Shown here piece after piece: positions 10,077-21,477 of a stretch of DNA of 64,000 nucleotides. The notes below the pieces were generated by a model. That model searched no databases. It had not been told where the DNA came from and saw nothing but the letters and a program-made list of their open reading frames with translations. Source of the DNA: Wickerhamiella versatilis (lineage: Eukaryota); contig JAQOWU010000007.1 of NCBI GenBank assembly GCA_030867685.1, forward strand, positions 682,001 through 746,000, given 5' to 3'. Made by a program: the position numbers and the translations under genes. The stretch's first letter is position 1. Every line of letters starts with the position of its first letter.

Positions 10077-13034
10077 CTAGACTTTTTCACTTTCCTGCAT
10101 TCCAGCTAGCAGGTCCTCACGGATAAAAACTAAGTAATAAGGCGTTGCAAGATTTTGAGGGGAAAAATCCATTACTTCATCTTTTGTAACTTGTGTGACG
10201 AGTTCGTCGTTGAATTTTGAGAAGGTACCAGTGACAAGATCACGAATATAGATCCAATAGTGGCCAAATCCTGCTTGTCCACGATGAATGAAAATCGCGT
10301 GCACCCGGTATCCCAACTGTGAAAATTCCGTAAATTGACGCGCAAGTGCTGCCTGCAGCTCCTCTTGGCGCAGAGTGAACTTTTCCCGTTGAGCAACCAG
10401 CACCTGGTAGACTTCTGTTATTACACGTAAAGTTTCATTGCTGGGCTTCACATCTTCAGGAACATCCGGATCTTTCATCCATGCAGCTACAAAAGGTAAT
10501 GAGGCATTGCTAGGCGAATCAATCTCTGCTAACTTGCTCTTGACCTCTTCCAGCTCCTGACGCCATATTTTTGCTTGTTTACGTTTTTCAAGTAAGTTCG
10601 GATCATCCGTTTCCATATACCTATCAAGATAAATGGTTTCGGGAAAAGGGAGAGGTTCAGTTGTTTTGTAAGGCATGAATGTTTGACGATCGAATTGCAC
10701 GCGCTGAATTTGTATTTGCAGAATGGGAGGTAACTCCTTGATCGTAACAGATCTTACAGTATCACCTCCTTCAAGACTTAACACTTCATCTGCGAAGTGT
10801 TTGTCCAAGGCATCATATATATCAGCTCCTCCACCAGGCACATCAATCAGGAGCGAAGAAAACCTTTCAACTTTAGTACGCTTGTTTCCGTCCGCAAGCT
10901 TTTCAAGTGTTTGCATCATCCTTCCGTAGAACAAATCCTTCACTAGGTCCTCCTGCTCGCCCTCGCTATCAGTACGCGTAAGTGGGCATGATGCTTCTAG
11001 CTGAAACAAGACATTTTCAATACATTCAGTAACATCCTGCTGCCGCTGAAGTGCTATTTGCAGTTTTTCACTTGATAGTTCTGGTGCTGGAGAGTTGACA
11101 AGATCTACAACGCCATCTGAAGTGGAAGATTCCTCAGGTTCAGCTACAATATCATCTGTGTCTTCTTGAGGTGGAACCAATGCCATATAAGCCAAAATTA
11201 GTGAAGGCGTCACATAGGATGCTGTCGTACTGCGCATCTCTTTGTACAACTCACCAAGGGCACATACAAATTTCTCCGACCTTTTCACTTCAGAATAAGG
11301 CACAAAACGGCTTCCCACTTTTTTTTGGCTCAGCGATCCATCATTTTCCTGTTGAGGGACTAAACCATCAGCAACTGCAACGGCGTAATCACGAACTGGC
11401 TTCACAGTGTAGTACAATTGTAGAAGAGAGTTTAGATAGCATGTACTCCCTATATTCCAAAGCCCCACAGTACCCCCCGTGGCAGGTTTCTCAGCTTCAC
11501 CAGTTTCAAGATATCTTGTCAACGCATCTGATCTTCTTGCCTGAGCAATTGATCGTAGATATCTTCGTAATTTCAAAAGCTGAGAAACATCTTCGTTAAT
11601 GCCCATATCGACAACAGCAGCAATATCAGTATCGCTCATAGAATTAGAAACACCCAGAGCCGAATACGCTTCCTCAGTGCTCGGAATCCTGGAAGGAAAC
11701 ATTTCTTCAAACGCACACAGAATTGCAGAAGATCGCCTTGAGGCACCAAGTACCGCTAGCTCAGCTCTTGCCTCGAGAACGCCAAGCGGGCCTAACGAGT
11801 AGCTCTGTTTCGAACCACTGACGATCGAGTCATCGCTCGCCGCAGCATTCAAGCCTAATAATGCAAGTGCCTCCTCACTGGAAAGGCCAGAAGTTGCTGT
11901 TGCTGCACGACGTAAGGTAGAGCTATTTCTGCTTTCAGCTATAAGTGACAAATGATGCGCAAGCTGTTTTCCACAATCTGGATCCATAGCGAGCATATCT
12001 GATGCAATTTCAAGAACTGCCGCATCAGTTGGATTGTCACCAACTTCCAATCCCAGAAACCTATAAGCCTCACGAAGAGAGGACGCGTCAGGAACACCAA
12101 GGGACACATATTTCATAACTTCCATTTCCAGCTCTTCAGATTGACGAGTCTGCGCTAATTCCTTTAGCGCATCTAAATATTGAGCAGAATTTATGGAATC
12201 ATTGCGAGATTGAAATTCATACCGATCTATTAGAGCTTCGTCCGACTGCACAGCAGAAGCGCCAAGTATCCCATATGGTTGAGAAGAGAGCCGTGTGTTT
12301 ACATTAATCCCACCAAAAAAATCGCTGAAAGCCTTTTGGAAATTTTCTGCGTGTTGAAATGGGTTTAACTGATGCAATAATATCTGTACTTCCACCAACA
12401 GCCGACGAAGCCGGGAAGAGGGTTCTGGTGGAATGAGCCATTCGTCTTCAATCGTGAAGCCTACTAATTGCGTTAAGAGATCTGAGCCAAGTCTTACTGC
12501 AGCCACCTTATTTTGCAATGGTATGCGTCTTGGTTCAACAGTATTTGACAAAATATCTGTGATGACACGAGCAAGAGTCTCGATACACAATTTGCGAGAT
12601 GGTACATCTGTGACATCATTTAGAGCAGCACGTTTTTCAATGGCCTCAATATCGAGCAATTCACTGTAAGACCTAGTGATGAGAGGCTCCATTATCTGGA
12701 TACTTAGTTGCGTATTGTTCACAGTGTCTAGAAATGACGCGCACACCAGTCTCTCGTTCTCGTTCTCGTTAGAAGCAAGATGCCAATCCGTGACCCTACC
12801 AGGAATAGCACTCAAATTCAGCTGAATGTGGGAGAATGTGTCTGGGTATATCGCATTGAGCTGGTAATTCGAGTTACTCCCTGGAAGCTCATACGCCACC
12901 AGCGAGTGAACACCACTATTAGACAGATCAGTGGCAGCTTCAATTGGTGTCAAAAGAAAACTCGCTTGACCAGGCCTCCATGCTGTTAACTCCTCTACCA
13001 AGCGCTCAGAGGAGCGTCCGGCGCCTTGTTCCAT
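10077..13034 (-). CDS. UBP2: Ubiquitin-specific protease, Ubp2-like
   Basis: Cys box GLWNIGSTCYLNSLLQ, QQDVTECIENVLFQ, His box FIHRGQAGFGHYWIYIRD; repeated EAY/EAL..LG helical units typical of Ubp2. Confidence 0.9.
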   Translation of the reverse strand: MEQGAGRSSERLVEELTAWRPGQASFLLTPIEAATDLSNSGVHSLVAYELPGSNSNYQLNAIYPDTFSHIQLNLSAIPGRVTDWHLASNENENERLVCASFLDTVNNTQLSIQIMEPLITRSYSELLDIEAIEKRAALNDVTDVPSRKLCIETLARVITDILSNTVEPRRIPLQNKVAAVRLGSDLLTQLVGFTIEDEWLIPPEPSSRLRRLLVEVQILLHQLNPFQHAENFQKAFSDFFGGINVNTRLSSQPYGILGASAVQSDEALIDRYEFQSRNDSINSAQYLDALKELAQTRQSEELEMEVMKYVSLGVPDASSLREAYRFLGLEVGDNPTDAAVLEIASDMLAMDPDCGKQLAHHLSLIAESRNSSTLRRAATATSGLSSEEALALLGLNAAASDDSIVSGSKQSYSLGPLGVLEARAELAVLGASRRSSAILCAFEEMFPSRIPSTEEAYSALGVSNSMSDTDIAAVVDMGINEDVSQLLKLRRYLRSIAQARRSDALTRYLETGEAEKPATGGTVGLWNIGSTCYLNSLLQLYYTVKPVRDYAVAVADGLVPQQENDGSLSQKKVGSRFVPYSEVKRSEKFVCALGELYKEMRSTTASYVTPSLILAYMALVPPQEDTDDIVAEPEESSTSDGVVDLVNSPAPELSSEKLQIALQRQQDVTECIENVLFQLEASCPLTRTDSEGEQEDLVKDLFYGRMMQTLEKLADGNKRTKVERFSSLLIDVPGGGADIYDALDKHFADEVLSLEGGDTVRSVTIKELPPILQIQIQRVQFDRQTFMPYKTTEPLPFPETIYLDRYMETDDPNLLEKRKQAKIWRQELEEVKSKLAEIDSPSNASLPFVAAWMKDPDVPEDVKPSNETLRVITEVYQVLVAQREKFTLRQEELQAALARQFTEFSQLGYRVHAIFIHRGQAGFGHYWIYIRDLVTGTFSKFNDELVTQVTKDEVMDFSPQNLATPYYLVFIREDLLAGMQESEKV

Positions 13035-13072
13035 GCCTGAGGTAACGATCTAATTTAGTAATCTCACTAAAG

Positions 13073-14308
13073 ATGGAGAGCATAAGTGCATACTTGGAAG
13101 GTAATCCATACTTTTCCGCTGGATTTGGGCTCATGGGATTAGGTGCTGGCCTTGCGATGGCTCGTAAAGGGGTCAGTCGTATAGGACACCTTGCTTATCG
13201 TCATATGCTATGTGAACTCGAGATCGTCTCTAAGGATAAATCATATGACTGGTTTTTGGAATGGATGGCTAAACATCCACGACGAAATTCGAGAAACTTT
13301 GCGGTCGAAACTAACTATCAAAAGCATGAGAACGGATCAATCACGGCAAATTTTGAATTAGTCCCAGGACCCGGTACGCATCTTGTAAAATACAAAAACG
13401 CTTGGATTTGGGTAAAGCGTGAGCGCTCTGGGCGACTTATGGACATTACGCATGGTTCACCTTTTGAAACGATCACTTTAAAAACACTCTACATGGACAG
13501 ATGGGTGTTTCGAGAAATGCTTGATGTTGCCCGTAAATCAGCACAAGTTAAACAAGAGGGTAAAACTGTCATATATACGTCATATGGCCCTGAATGGCGC
13601 CCCTTTGGTCTTCCTCGGCGTAGGAGAGCCCTCGGTAGTGTTGTCTTGGCTCGCGGAGTCAGCGAGCGGATAGTGAATGACCTCAAGGACTTTCTCCACA
13701 GCCACCAATGGTATTCAGAACGTGGAATACCCTATCGGAGAGGTTATCTCCTGTATGGTCCACCAGGTAGCGGGAAAACAAGTTTGATACAAGCATTGGC
13801 TGGTGAGCTTGATTACAACATTTGCATATTGAATCTCGCGGAGCAGACATTGACTGATGATAGGCTAAATCATCTCATGAACAATATCCCGGCCCGCTCT
13901 ATACTTTTACTCGAAGATGTTGATTCGGCATTCAGTGAACGCAAACAATCCTCTGAGCAAGGATACTTCAGTGGAGTGACCTTTAGTGGTCTACTCAATG
14001 CACTCGATGGGGTTGCATCGGCAGATGAACGAATAATTTTCATGACTACGAATCACCCGGAGAGGTTAGATCCTGCTCTAATAAGGCCAGGTCGCGTTGA
14101 TGTGAAAGAATTACTAGACAATGCTACGGGAGACCAAATATATCGTATGTTCGAGAGATTCTACGGCGACAAAACAATGGCACATACCTTCGTAGAAAAG
14201 GTGATGGATAAAGGCCATCCAGTGAGTATGGCACAGCTTCAAGGGTTGTTCGTCTTCCATAAAGATGATCCAAAGGCTGCTTTGACAACAGTGGAAAAAA
14301 TGGATTAA
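13073..14308 (+). CDS. BCS1: Mitochondrial AAA chaperone Bcs1
   Basis: [56 protein letters not shown]. Confidence 0.97.
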   Translation: MESISAYLEGNPYFSAGFGLMGLGAGLAMARKGVSRIGHLAYRHMLCELEIVSKDKSYDWFLEWMAKHPRRNSRNFAVETNYQKHENGSITANFELVPGPGTHLVKYKNAWIWVKRERSGRLMDITHGSPFETITLKTLYMDRWVFREMLDVARKSAQVKQEGKTVIYTSYGPEWRPFGLPRRRRALGSVVLARGVSERIVNDLKDFLHSHQWYSERGIPYRRGYLLYGPPGSGKTSLIQALAGELDYNICILNLAEQTLTDDRLNHLMNNIPARSILLLEDVDSAFSERKQSSEQGYFSGVTFSGLLNALDGVASADERIIFMTTNHPERLDPALIRPGRVDVKELLDNATGDQIYRMFERFYGDKTMAHTFVEKVMDKGHPVSMAQLQGLFVFHKDDPKAALTTVEKMD

Positions 14309-14420
14309 AACGCCGATAGTTGGACCCGAAATGTATATGTATATATAATCTAGGGATATGTTTCAAAATATCAAGCAACAGTTGCAGTAACTATTGCTTA
14401 GTAACATAGCCTAATGAATT

Positions 14421-16868
14421 ATGGACTGGCTGGGCATCGGGCATGAGCCTAGCCTGATCCTAAGAGTTAACGAGGTCCGCTTCACCCAAGGTGTGGCACG
14501 CCTACACCGCGTAGGTCTTACCTTAGATGTCTGTGGTCAACGTTTCAGCTCTCCACAGAGTCAACCTGAGCCTGCGGATCCTGTAAGTCACCGTTTTCGG
14601 GCATCCTGGCATGGTGCAGAAGTACGTATACCTGCTGACTCGATTATCGATGATGATATCGCAAATATTTGTATATTAGATCGTCCTGGAAGGACGCGAC
14701 TACGATCGACTATTGCTGCATTCGAACTTCCTCTAAGAACAGCATTGGCAAGTGCGCTGAGCAGCAAAAATGGAATTTTTTATGAAACTCTGAATGCTTC
14801 CAACTCTATTAATGAGTCATTGCATGTCAAGGTAGATGTGGAACTTCATGTCGAATCTCCGCTTGACAGTTGTTGGAATAGTTGGCGTACTTTGGTTGCT
14901 CCTCAGTCTGAGGAATATTCGTTACAAACTTCTGTTGAAACATCGGAAAAATTAGCTATGTCACCTCCACCTAATAGCCATACCTTTATGCTGAGCACTG
15001 ATGTGGTAGGCGTTCTTTTTCTCGAAATTGTCGGTTGCACTAATCTGCCAAAATTTCGCACGCTTACAGGTATTTCCTTTGATATGGACCCTTTCCTCGT
15101 TGTTAGCTTTGGGCATCGGACTTTCAAAACTCGATATCGCCGTCATACCTTGAATCCGACGTTCCAAGAACGTTTGCTAATCGATGTTGGCAAGCATGAA
15201 CAAAACTGGGATGTTATTTTCAATGTCTGGGATAAGGACAGAATCACTCTTAATGACAAAGTTGCCACAGCTCAAGTAAATGTCCACGATTTTGCCTCAA
15301 AAGCGCCACAGCAAGATCCCTCCACTCTGCTCTACGATCTGGATAGCTATGCGCCAACCGTCATGTCAATCCCACTCAATATTCCAGGTAGTGATCTTCT
15401 GGTTAAGGTAATGTATTACCCGTATCCTGCGATTAGACAAAGACTCTGGCGTAGTGTAATTCACCTTTACGAAAATGGAGACGAGGGCTGTTTAGATTAC
15501 GAAAGTGTTGTCCAAATGCTTAACGCTCTTGGCTCGACGCTATCTCCTGATGATATTGCAAATTTCTGGGCTATTTTAAAGGTGCCTGAAGGTAAGAAAT
15601 TAGCTGTCGATGACCTAGTGAGAGTACTTGAGCATGAAGCTATCACAGACCGAGTAGTTTTTTTCCGAGTATGTCCATTTTGCCGTGAACATGCGCGTGT
15701 AAAAAAGCAGTCAGACTCACTTCGACATCTTGTTGTCTGTGCATCACGACATTGGGTGACCGATTCGGGAATATTGCAAAATCGATACGTGTCTTCGGAG
15801 CAAGCATCTAGGCGATGGTATGTGTCATTTTTGTCTAAGTTTTCCTATGGGAATTATCAAATAGGAGCCAATTCTGCAAATATATTGGTGCAGGATCGAA
15901 TCACAGGGCAGATCGTTGAAGAGAAAATTGCGGCACATGTAAGACTGGCGATCCGCATTATCTATGCTGTTGGTCCTGTTAAAAAGCACAGCTTTCAGAG
16001 AATGTTGAAGAAATACACATTGAGGCAGGGTATTAAGTACAACTCACCCAGTAGTGCGGCTTACATCAAGCCATTTATTAGATTTCACTCACTTGATATG
16101 TCTGATGTTGCAGAGCCTCTAGAGGACTTCAAGACGTTCAATCAATTTTTTTATAGGAAGCTCCGGTACGATGCTCGTCCCTGTGAGAATGCCGATGAGC
16201 CACGTACAGTCGTCTCTCCTGCAGACTGTCGAGCAACAGTTTTCAGAACTGTGGATGAGGCCAAAAAAATCTGGATTAAAGGTAAAGACTTTACAGTTGC
16301 TGAGCTCTTAGATTGTGATAATGTCAATGTTGAGAGTCTTCTGATATTCCGATTGGCCCCGCAGGATTACCATCGTGTCCACGTTCCTGTTGACGGGATT
16401 TTGGGGGAGCCCCGCAAAATAGATGGTCAATACTACACTGTCAACCCAATGGCTATTCGATCCAGCCTCAATGTTTTTGGAGAGAATACCAGATTAATAG
16501 TTCCTATCGAGTCACCGATTTATGGCACTGTCTGGGTTGTCATGGTCGGGGCCATGATGGTAGGATCCTGTATACTCACAGCCAAACCAGGTACTGAAGT
16601 AAATCGTACAGATGAGCTTGGCTACTTTGCATTTGGTGGCTCGACAGTTGTAGTATTATTTCCTCCCAATGCCGTGGTGCTTGACTCGGACCTCTTAGCC
16701 AATTCAGAACGGCGTATAGAGACTCTTGTTAAGGTTGGTATGTCTGTTGCACATACGCCAGATACAACTGAGTACGTGAGATCGTATGATACGCGTCTCA
16801 ATCAAATCAGGCGTGCTCGCAGGAGTATTGCTGGTGGTGGTTCATACCTTCCATTCGCATTGGATTAA
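14421..16868 (+). CDS. PSD2: Phosphatidylserine decarboxylase 2 (C2 domain-containing)
   Basis: C2 domain (FDMDPFLVVSFG..RHTLNP), FNQFFYRKL, FRLAPQDYHR, autocleavage motif FGGST. Confidence 0.93.
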   Translation: MDWLGIGHEPSLILRVNEVRFTQGVARLHRVGLTLDVCGQRFSSPQSQPEPADPVSHRFRASWHGAEVRIPADSIIDDDIANICILDRPGRTRLRSTIAAFELPLRTALASALSSKNGIFYETLNASNSINESLHVKVDVELHVESPLDSCWNSWRTLVAPQSEEYSLQTSVETSEKLAMSPPPNSHTFMLSTDVVGVLFLEIVGCTNLPKFRTLTGISFDMDPFLVVSFGHRTFKTRYRRHTLNPTFQERLLIDVGKHEQNWDVIFNVWDKDRITLNDKVATAQVNVHDFASKAPQQDPSTLLYDLDSYAPTVMSIPLNIPGSDLLVKVMYYPYPAIRQRLWRSVIHLYENGDEGCLDYESVVQMLNALGSTLSPDDIANFWAILKVPEGKKLAVDDLVRVLEHEAITDRVVFFRVCPFCREHARVKKQSDSLRHLVVCASRHWVTDSGILQNRYVSSEQASRRWYVSFLSKFSYGNYQIGANSANILVQDRITGQIVEEKIAAHVRLAIRIIYAVGPVKKHSFQRMLKKYTLRQGIKYNSPSSAAYIKPFIRFHSLDMSDVAEPLEDFKTFNQFFYRKLRYDARPCENADEPRTVVSPADCRATVFRTVDEAKKIWIKGKDFTVAELLDCDNVNVESLLIFRLAPQDYHRVHVPVDGILGEPRKIDGQYYTVNPMAIRSSLNVFGENTRLIVPIESPIYGTVWVVMVGAMMVGSCILTAKPGTEVNRTDELGYFAFGGSTVVVLFPPNAVVLDSDLLANSERRIETLVKVGMSVAHTPDTTEYVRSYDTRLNQIRRARRSIAGGGSYLPFALD

Positions 16869-16892
16869 TTCTTCCAAGCTGCACAGCACATT

Positions 16893-16915
16893 TATATATA
16901 TGTATATATATATGT
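16893..16915. terminator. TA(Y)RTA-rich 3'-end formation (efficiency) element between convergent PSD2 and MSM1
   Basis: tatatatatgtatatatatatgt tract in the 108-bp convergent gap; similar tracts follow BCS1 (~14332) and NOB1 (~31236). Confidence 0.5.
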
Positions 16916-16976
16916 ATTCTGAAATAGATTTAAAATGGTGCATTATCTTTTGTATATTCTACTTTCTTTCCCTAGC

Positions 16977-18491
16977 CTATTTCTCAAATGGGTTCTGTAG
17001 ACGTTGGATAATATGCCCACCTTTGTAGTTTACATCGACACCATACTTCTTATCAGCGCCTACTGCTGCGAACTCTGATGTTCGTGAGTCTTCAGGGACC
17101 CCTAGACGATCCAAAAATTTCTTGGAGTAGGTCGGGCAAATAGGTTGTAACATCAAAGTAACAATACGACAGGCTTCCGCACAAGAAGCCACCGCAACTG
17201 TCGGATCAGATGCCCAGGGCTGTGAATCCTGAAATACTTGATTAGCCCACATACATATCTCATTCAAATGTTGAACCATTTTCTGTGGTGCGTGATTGTC
17301 CATATGAGCATCACTAGAGGATATGATCGAATCAAGCTGCTCAAGAAGCTTGGGTTCCAGTGCAGGATTACGATCCAGCGATACCCTAACATTAAATTTC
17401 GGCCCACAAACCCTCGAGATCAGGTTACCCAGTTTATTCACAATATTAACATTATGTCTTTCGACTAAACGGGCATAGGAGAATGGCACATCTCGTGTCA
17501 GTGAACAGTCATGCATAAGAAAATATCTTAAAGTATCCACACCAAATCTTTGCATACAATCCCTAGGGTCCACCACATTCCCATGGGACTTAGACATTTT
17601 CGAGCCTTCCAGCGTCCAGTGACTATGAACTACCACGTGTGCCGGCAGATCATATCCGGAGGCAAGAAGAAAAGCTGGCCAGTATATTGCATGGAATCGT
17701 ACAATGTCCTTACCTACAATATGAGCTGCTGCTGGCCAACTTCCAGTAAACCCTTTAGATACTGTCAAATAGTTGAACAAAGCATCAAACCAAACATACA
17801 TCGTCTGACTGTCGTCACCAGGAACAGGGATTCCCCAAGGGCAACGTGAAGAGGGTCGTGATATGGACAAGTCTTCGAGCATATTCGCTTCTAGTTCCGA
17901 CAACAAGGCCTCATGACGAGCTACTGGTCTCACGAAATCTCGCTGGTTTTTGAAATGATCTATGAGTTGTTGACGAAAAGCACTCAGCTTAAAGAAATAG
18001 TTTGGCTCCTCGTACCATTCAACCGGATTCTTACTCTCCTTAGAAAAGAGTTTTCCAGTTCCTTCGTCGTGTATCAACTCTGTCTCGGGGTAGAACGTTT
18101 CATCACTTACACAGTACCATCCTCGGTGTACACCTCGATATATTAATCCAGATTCCTCGAGCCTTTTCCATACTCGCCTCGTTAGTTGAATATGATCACT
18201 GTCTGTGGTACGAATGAAGCGAGTCACGTTGATATTTGCTTCTTTCGACAAGATGTCAAATGATTTTGAGACTCTGTCGACAAAAGGTTTCGGTGATTCT
18301 CCCGCTTTTGCTGCAGCCTCCGCTACTTTCATGCCGTGTTCGTCTGTACCCGTTGACAATATCGATCGCTGACCACGGAACAATGCGTATCGATGAAGCA
18401 CATCAGTGAGTACCATGGAATGCAGGTGACCAAGATGTGGCCGTGCATTTACATAAAAAATTGGGGTGGTAAAGTACTTAATTGCGCTCAT
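16977..18491 (-). CDS. MSM1: Methionyl-tRNA synthetase, mitochondrial type
   Basis: TTPIFYVNARPHLGH (HIGH), GTDEHG, GWYCVSDETFY, YVWFDAL, KMSKS. Confidence 0.92.
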   Translation of the reverse strand: MSAIKYFTTPIFYVNARPHLGHLHSMVLTDVLHRYALFRGQRSILSTGTDEHGMKVAEAAAKAGESPKPFVDRVSKSFDILSKEANINVTRFIRTTDSDHIQLTRRVWKRLEESGLIYRGVHRGWYCVSDETFYPETELIHDEGTGKLFSKESKNPVEWYEEPNYFFKLSAFRQQLIDHFKNQRDFVRPVARHEALLSELEANMLEDLSISRPSSRCPWGIPVPGDDSQTMYVWFDALFNYLTVSKGFTGSWPAAAHIVGKDIVRFHAIYWPAFLLASGYDLPAHVVVHSHWTLEGSKMSKSHGNVVDPRDCMQRFGVDTLRYFLMHDCSLTRDVPFSYARLVERHNVNIVNKLGNLISRVCGPKFNVRVSLDRNPALEPKLLEQLDSIISSSDAHMDNHAPQKMVQHLNEICMWANQVFQDSQPWASDPTVAVASCAEACRIVTLMLQPICPTYSKKFLDRLGVPEDSRTSEFAAVGADKKYGVDVNYKGGHIIQRLQNPFEK

Positions 18492-18653
18492 TCATCTCAC
18501 CCCGATCTATGGACGGTCAGTGTGTTACTAACTCACTCGCACTTATCAAAAATTGATACTTTCACACAGTTGGCTCCCTTTTTTAAAAAATTACTTTTAT
18601 TTATTGATTCAAGTATTTTAAATGTTAAATTTACAATCATTAGAATGCCCAAG

Positions 18654-19367
18654 CTATTTATCAGAGAAAAGCGTCATCAGTGTAAAAATTCCGTAGAATA
18701 ATGTCAAGGGATATGCTACTAATGCTCGCATTTGAGACAGCTGTAAGTACGAGACAAATATGCCAGACGAAGAATACGTACACCAGGCCACTGCAGAAAG
18801 ACCGAGCGCGTATCCAAGTATGTTGTTGAGGTTCACGATGACGCCTATAAATGCCGTCGCTACAAGTGGGAGGAGACAATATCCCAGAACAGACATAGTA
18901 CGCGTGAAATCGATGTAAGACAATGCCATGAGATTCAACACAGCCCACTGCGCTGACGTCCCAACCAAGCCAAACCCATAGACATAGCCAAAATGGGCTT
19001 TTCCGTTGAGAAGAAGCGAAAGTCCAAATAACAGGAAGAAAAGCAATGGGCCTGCGAGGTCAGACTCGTCCATGATGTGGGTGCTGATTGCGCCGAACGG
19101 ATTCAGTACAACCTTCGTCTTTTGCAGTATGTGACCAAAATTAATACCAAGTTCTTCCAGCAGTGGTGGCTCGCCCGGATACCCCGAAGTACCGAAAGCT
19201 GCCAATACACCTGTAGAAAGGCGCTGTCCCGTCATATCACCATACGCCTGCTCGCCAGCAGTGCTTGACATAGATCCCATGCTGCCAACATTATAACCAC
19301 CATATTCTGACGCGTAAAATTGTTGGCTGCTTGTCGGAGCACTGGAAACATAAGGGTTATATGCCAT
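18654..19367 (-). CDS. YIP1: Yip1 Golgi/ER membrane protein
   Basis: EPPLLEELGINFGHI, DLAGPLLF, SVLGYCLLP, LVAYPL.LFY. Confidence 0.95.
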   Translation of the reverse strand: MAYNPYVSSAPTSSQQFYASEYGGYNVGSMGSMSSTAGEQAYGDMTGQRLSTGVLAAFGTSGYPGEPPLLEELGINFGHILQKTKVVLNPFGAISTHIMDESDLAGPLLFFLLFGLSLLLNGKAHFGYVYGFGLVGTSAQWAVLNLMALSYIDFTRTMSVLGYCLLPLVATAFIGVIVNLNNILGYALGLSAVAWCTYSSSGIFVSYLQLSQMRALVAYPLTLFYGIFTLMTLFSDK

Positions 19368-19632
19368 CGCTCACGAATGCTCACCTGCCTAGTGATGACA
19401 AATATGGGTGTGTATATGACAGGAGCGCGTAGGACAAACTGATCTATGAATTCCTACAAGCGATATGCAAAATACCTTTTTCTTTCTTTATCAACAGTTT
19501 CAGTAAGAGACCGATTTGACCTCTTCCTTCCTTTTAGTCATTATATACTAGATCATGATGTGTTATTATTAGTCGAGAAGCTAAAAGCAGTTTTGAGGAA
19601 GATTGAGATTATTTAGTTGTAAGCTCGGTTCA

Positions 19633-19995
19633 TCATTTCTTAGCTTTACGTTTGGATCTGTAAGTTTCCTGCGGCTTTTTCCTCTTTCTCCCAACGCTTG
19701 TACGCGACTCTTCTTCATCACTGTCGCTGCTTTCTTTGCGGGACTCCACTACTTGATGGCGATCTTTATTTTTTGGTTTCAGCTTCTGTAGAATTTTAGA
19801 AGGTGGTTCTTGTTTTTTAGGAGCAACAGCTCCTAGTCCCTGACCTCCCCAGCCTGTTATGACTCCAAACTCAGGTTCTGGATCATTATCCTCAGAGTCA
19901 CTATCACCAATCCATGACGCAACAAGCGCCTTTGCATCAGAGATACTCACCTTGAGGCGAGCATTCTCACTTTCTGCATCGTCTAAATCTCTCAT
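19633..19995 (-). CDS. Small basic, probably nuclear/nucleolar protein (DUF3245-like)
   Basis: ATG 19995; AKALVASW and GLGA motifs, acidic DSDEEESRTS patch, basic KRKK tail; family tentative. Confidence 0.6.
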   Translation of the reverse strand: MRDLDDAESENARLKVSISDAKALVASWIGDSDSEDNDPEPEFGVITGWGGQGLGAVAPKKQEPPSKILQKLKPKNKDRHQVVESRKESSDSDEEESRTSVGRKRKKPQETYRSKRKAKK

Positions 19996-20178
19996 CACAT
20001 GACTTATGTAAGGATCCGGGTCTGGCTTTCTACTAAAACAGCAGCTGATGTTATATATTTATGCGTCGACACAGAAGAATGCCCCCCAATCTACAGAGAT
20101 ACTCCACTTCTAATCATCTAGCATAATACTTTAGGGAAAAGCACGTATATTCCCCAACATTTGTAACACCGAACCAAT

Positions 20179-21477
20179 CTACTTGGGAAGAGTGAAGGAT
20201 ACCTCCAAACCAGCAGCACGTGCCTCTGTCACGATATTTGACATTTTGGCGACAGTATTTGCGGCAGCATCAAGGTCAGTGAAGCTGAAAATCTTCAATC
20301 CAGATTGTTCAATGAGCTCCTTTGCGCGCTCAAAGTTGGTACCTTGGAGACGAGCGACAACAGGGATCTGGAGGTTCATATTCTTGGCAGTAGCAATGAG
20401 ACCTTCAGCAATAGCATCGCAACGCACAATACCACCAAAGATGTTTACAAAGATGGCGCTCACGCTCTTCTCAGTGAGAATCAGCTCAAATGCCTTTTGA
20501 ATTGATTCTGGGGTGGCACCACCACCACAATCGAGGAAGTTTGCCGGGTTTCCACCATTTAGCTTGATAATATCCATGGTAGCCATGGCAAGACCAGCAC
20601 CATTTACCAGACAGCCAATTGTACCATCCAGTTTGATGAAATTGAGACCATACCTAGAGGCTTCTACCTCATCAGGGTCCTCCTGGGAAAGGTCACGGTA
20701 TTGCCAGATATCACCTTGGCGGTATTCAGCAGAATTATCGAAGCTCAGCTTAGCATCCATAGCAAGCACACGATGATCAACAGTCTCAGATAGAGGGTTG
20801 ATCTCTACCAAGGTGCAGTCGCGTTTGTCAAACAGCTTCCACAAGTCCAACACAGTTTGAGCTGCAGCATCTTGAGCCTTGGAGCTGTATCCTAGAGCTG
20901 CGGCAACCTCCTTTGCCTGCTCAGGTGTTACGCCTGTATGAATATCGACAGCAAAGGTCTTGATTGCTTCTGGGGTTGCTGCTGCAACACCCTCGATGTC
21001 CATACCACCCTGGGACGATGCAACAATCAAGGGTTTCTGGGAGCCACGGTCATAGAGAATAGAGATGTAGGCTTCGCGACGGGCAAACTCCCGCTCAACG
21101 ATATATACGGCACTTACTTTCTTGCCAGCTGCGCCTGTCTGCTTCGTGATAAGCTTGTGACCCACCATCTTGTCAGCCAAATCTTTTGCCTCAGCAGGGG
21201 TACTTGCCATCTTTACACCGCCTTGAAGACCACTATCGAAATGACCTTTGCCACGACCACCAGTGAGGGCCTGGGCTTTGACTACGAAATCGTCTGATCC
21301 AAGCTGCTCTGCCACCTCAGCAGCTTCGGCACCGTTAAAGGCAGGACCTCCAGGAGGAACACCAACACCATACTGCTTCAACAAAGCCGCACTGCGGAAC
21401 TCATGAAGACTCAAAAAACGCTTCTGTATCAACTGTCTAGCTGGCTTGAGCTGACCACGCAAACTGGCACGAATCAT
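20179..21477 (-). CDS. LSC2: Succinyl-CoA ligase beta subunit, mitochondrial
   Basis: Presequence then RFLSLHE, KAQALTGGRGKG, NGAGLAMATMDII, ANFLDCGG, NIFGGIVRCD. Confidence 0.97.
   Translation of the reverse strand: MIRASLRGQLKPARQLIQKRFLSLHEFRSAALLKQYGVGVPPGGPAFNGAEAAEVAEQLGSDDFVVKAQALTGGRGKGHFDSGLQGGVKMASTPAEAKDLADKMVGHKLITKQTGAAGKKVSAVYIVEREFARREAYISILYDRGSQKPLIVASSQGGMDIEGVAAATPEAIKTFAVDIHTGVTPEQAKEVAAALGYSSKAQDAAAQTVLDLWKLFDKRDCTLVEINPLSETVDHRVLAMDAKLSFDNSAEYRQGDIWQYRDLSQEDPDEVEASRYGLNFIKLDGTIGCLVNGAGLAMATMDIIKLNGGNPANFLDCGGGATPESIQKAFELILTEKSVSAIFVNIFGGIVRCDAIAEGLIATAKNMNLQIPVVARLQGTNFERAKELIEQSGLKIFSFTDLDAAANTVAKMSNIVTEARAAGLEVSFTLPK

Noticed and set aside
18507-18536. GTGAGT...ACTGAC...TAG mini-intron upstream of MSM1 (minus strand)
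   Set aside because: Only 30 nt, no upstream ATG, and an in-frame TGA remains after splicing
19392-19442. GTGATGA...CTGA as a box C/D snoRNA
   Set aside because: About 50 nt, no terminal stem or recognisable rRNA guide, and it lies in the YIP1 promoter
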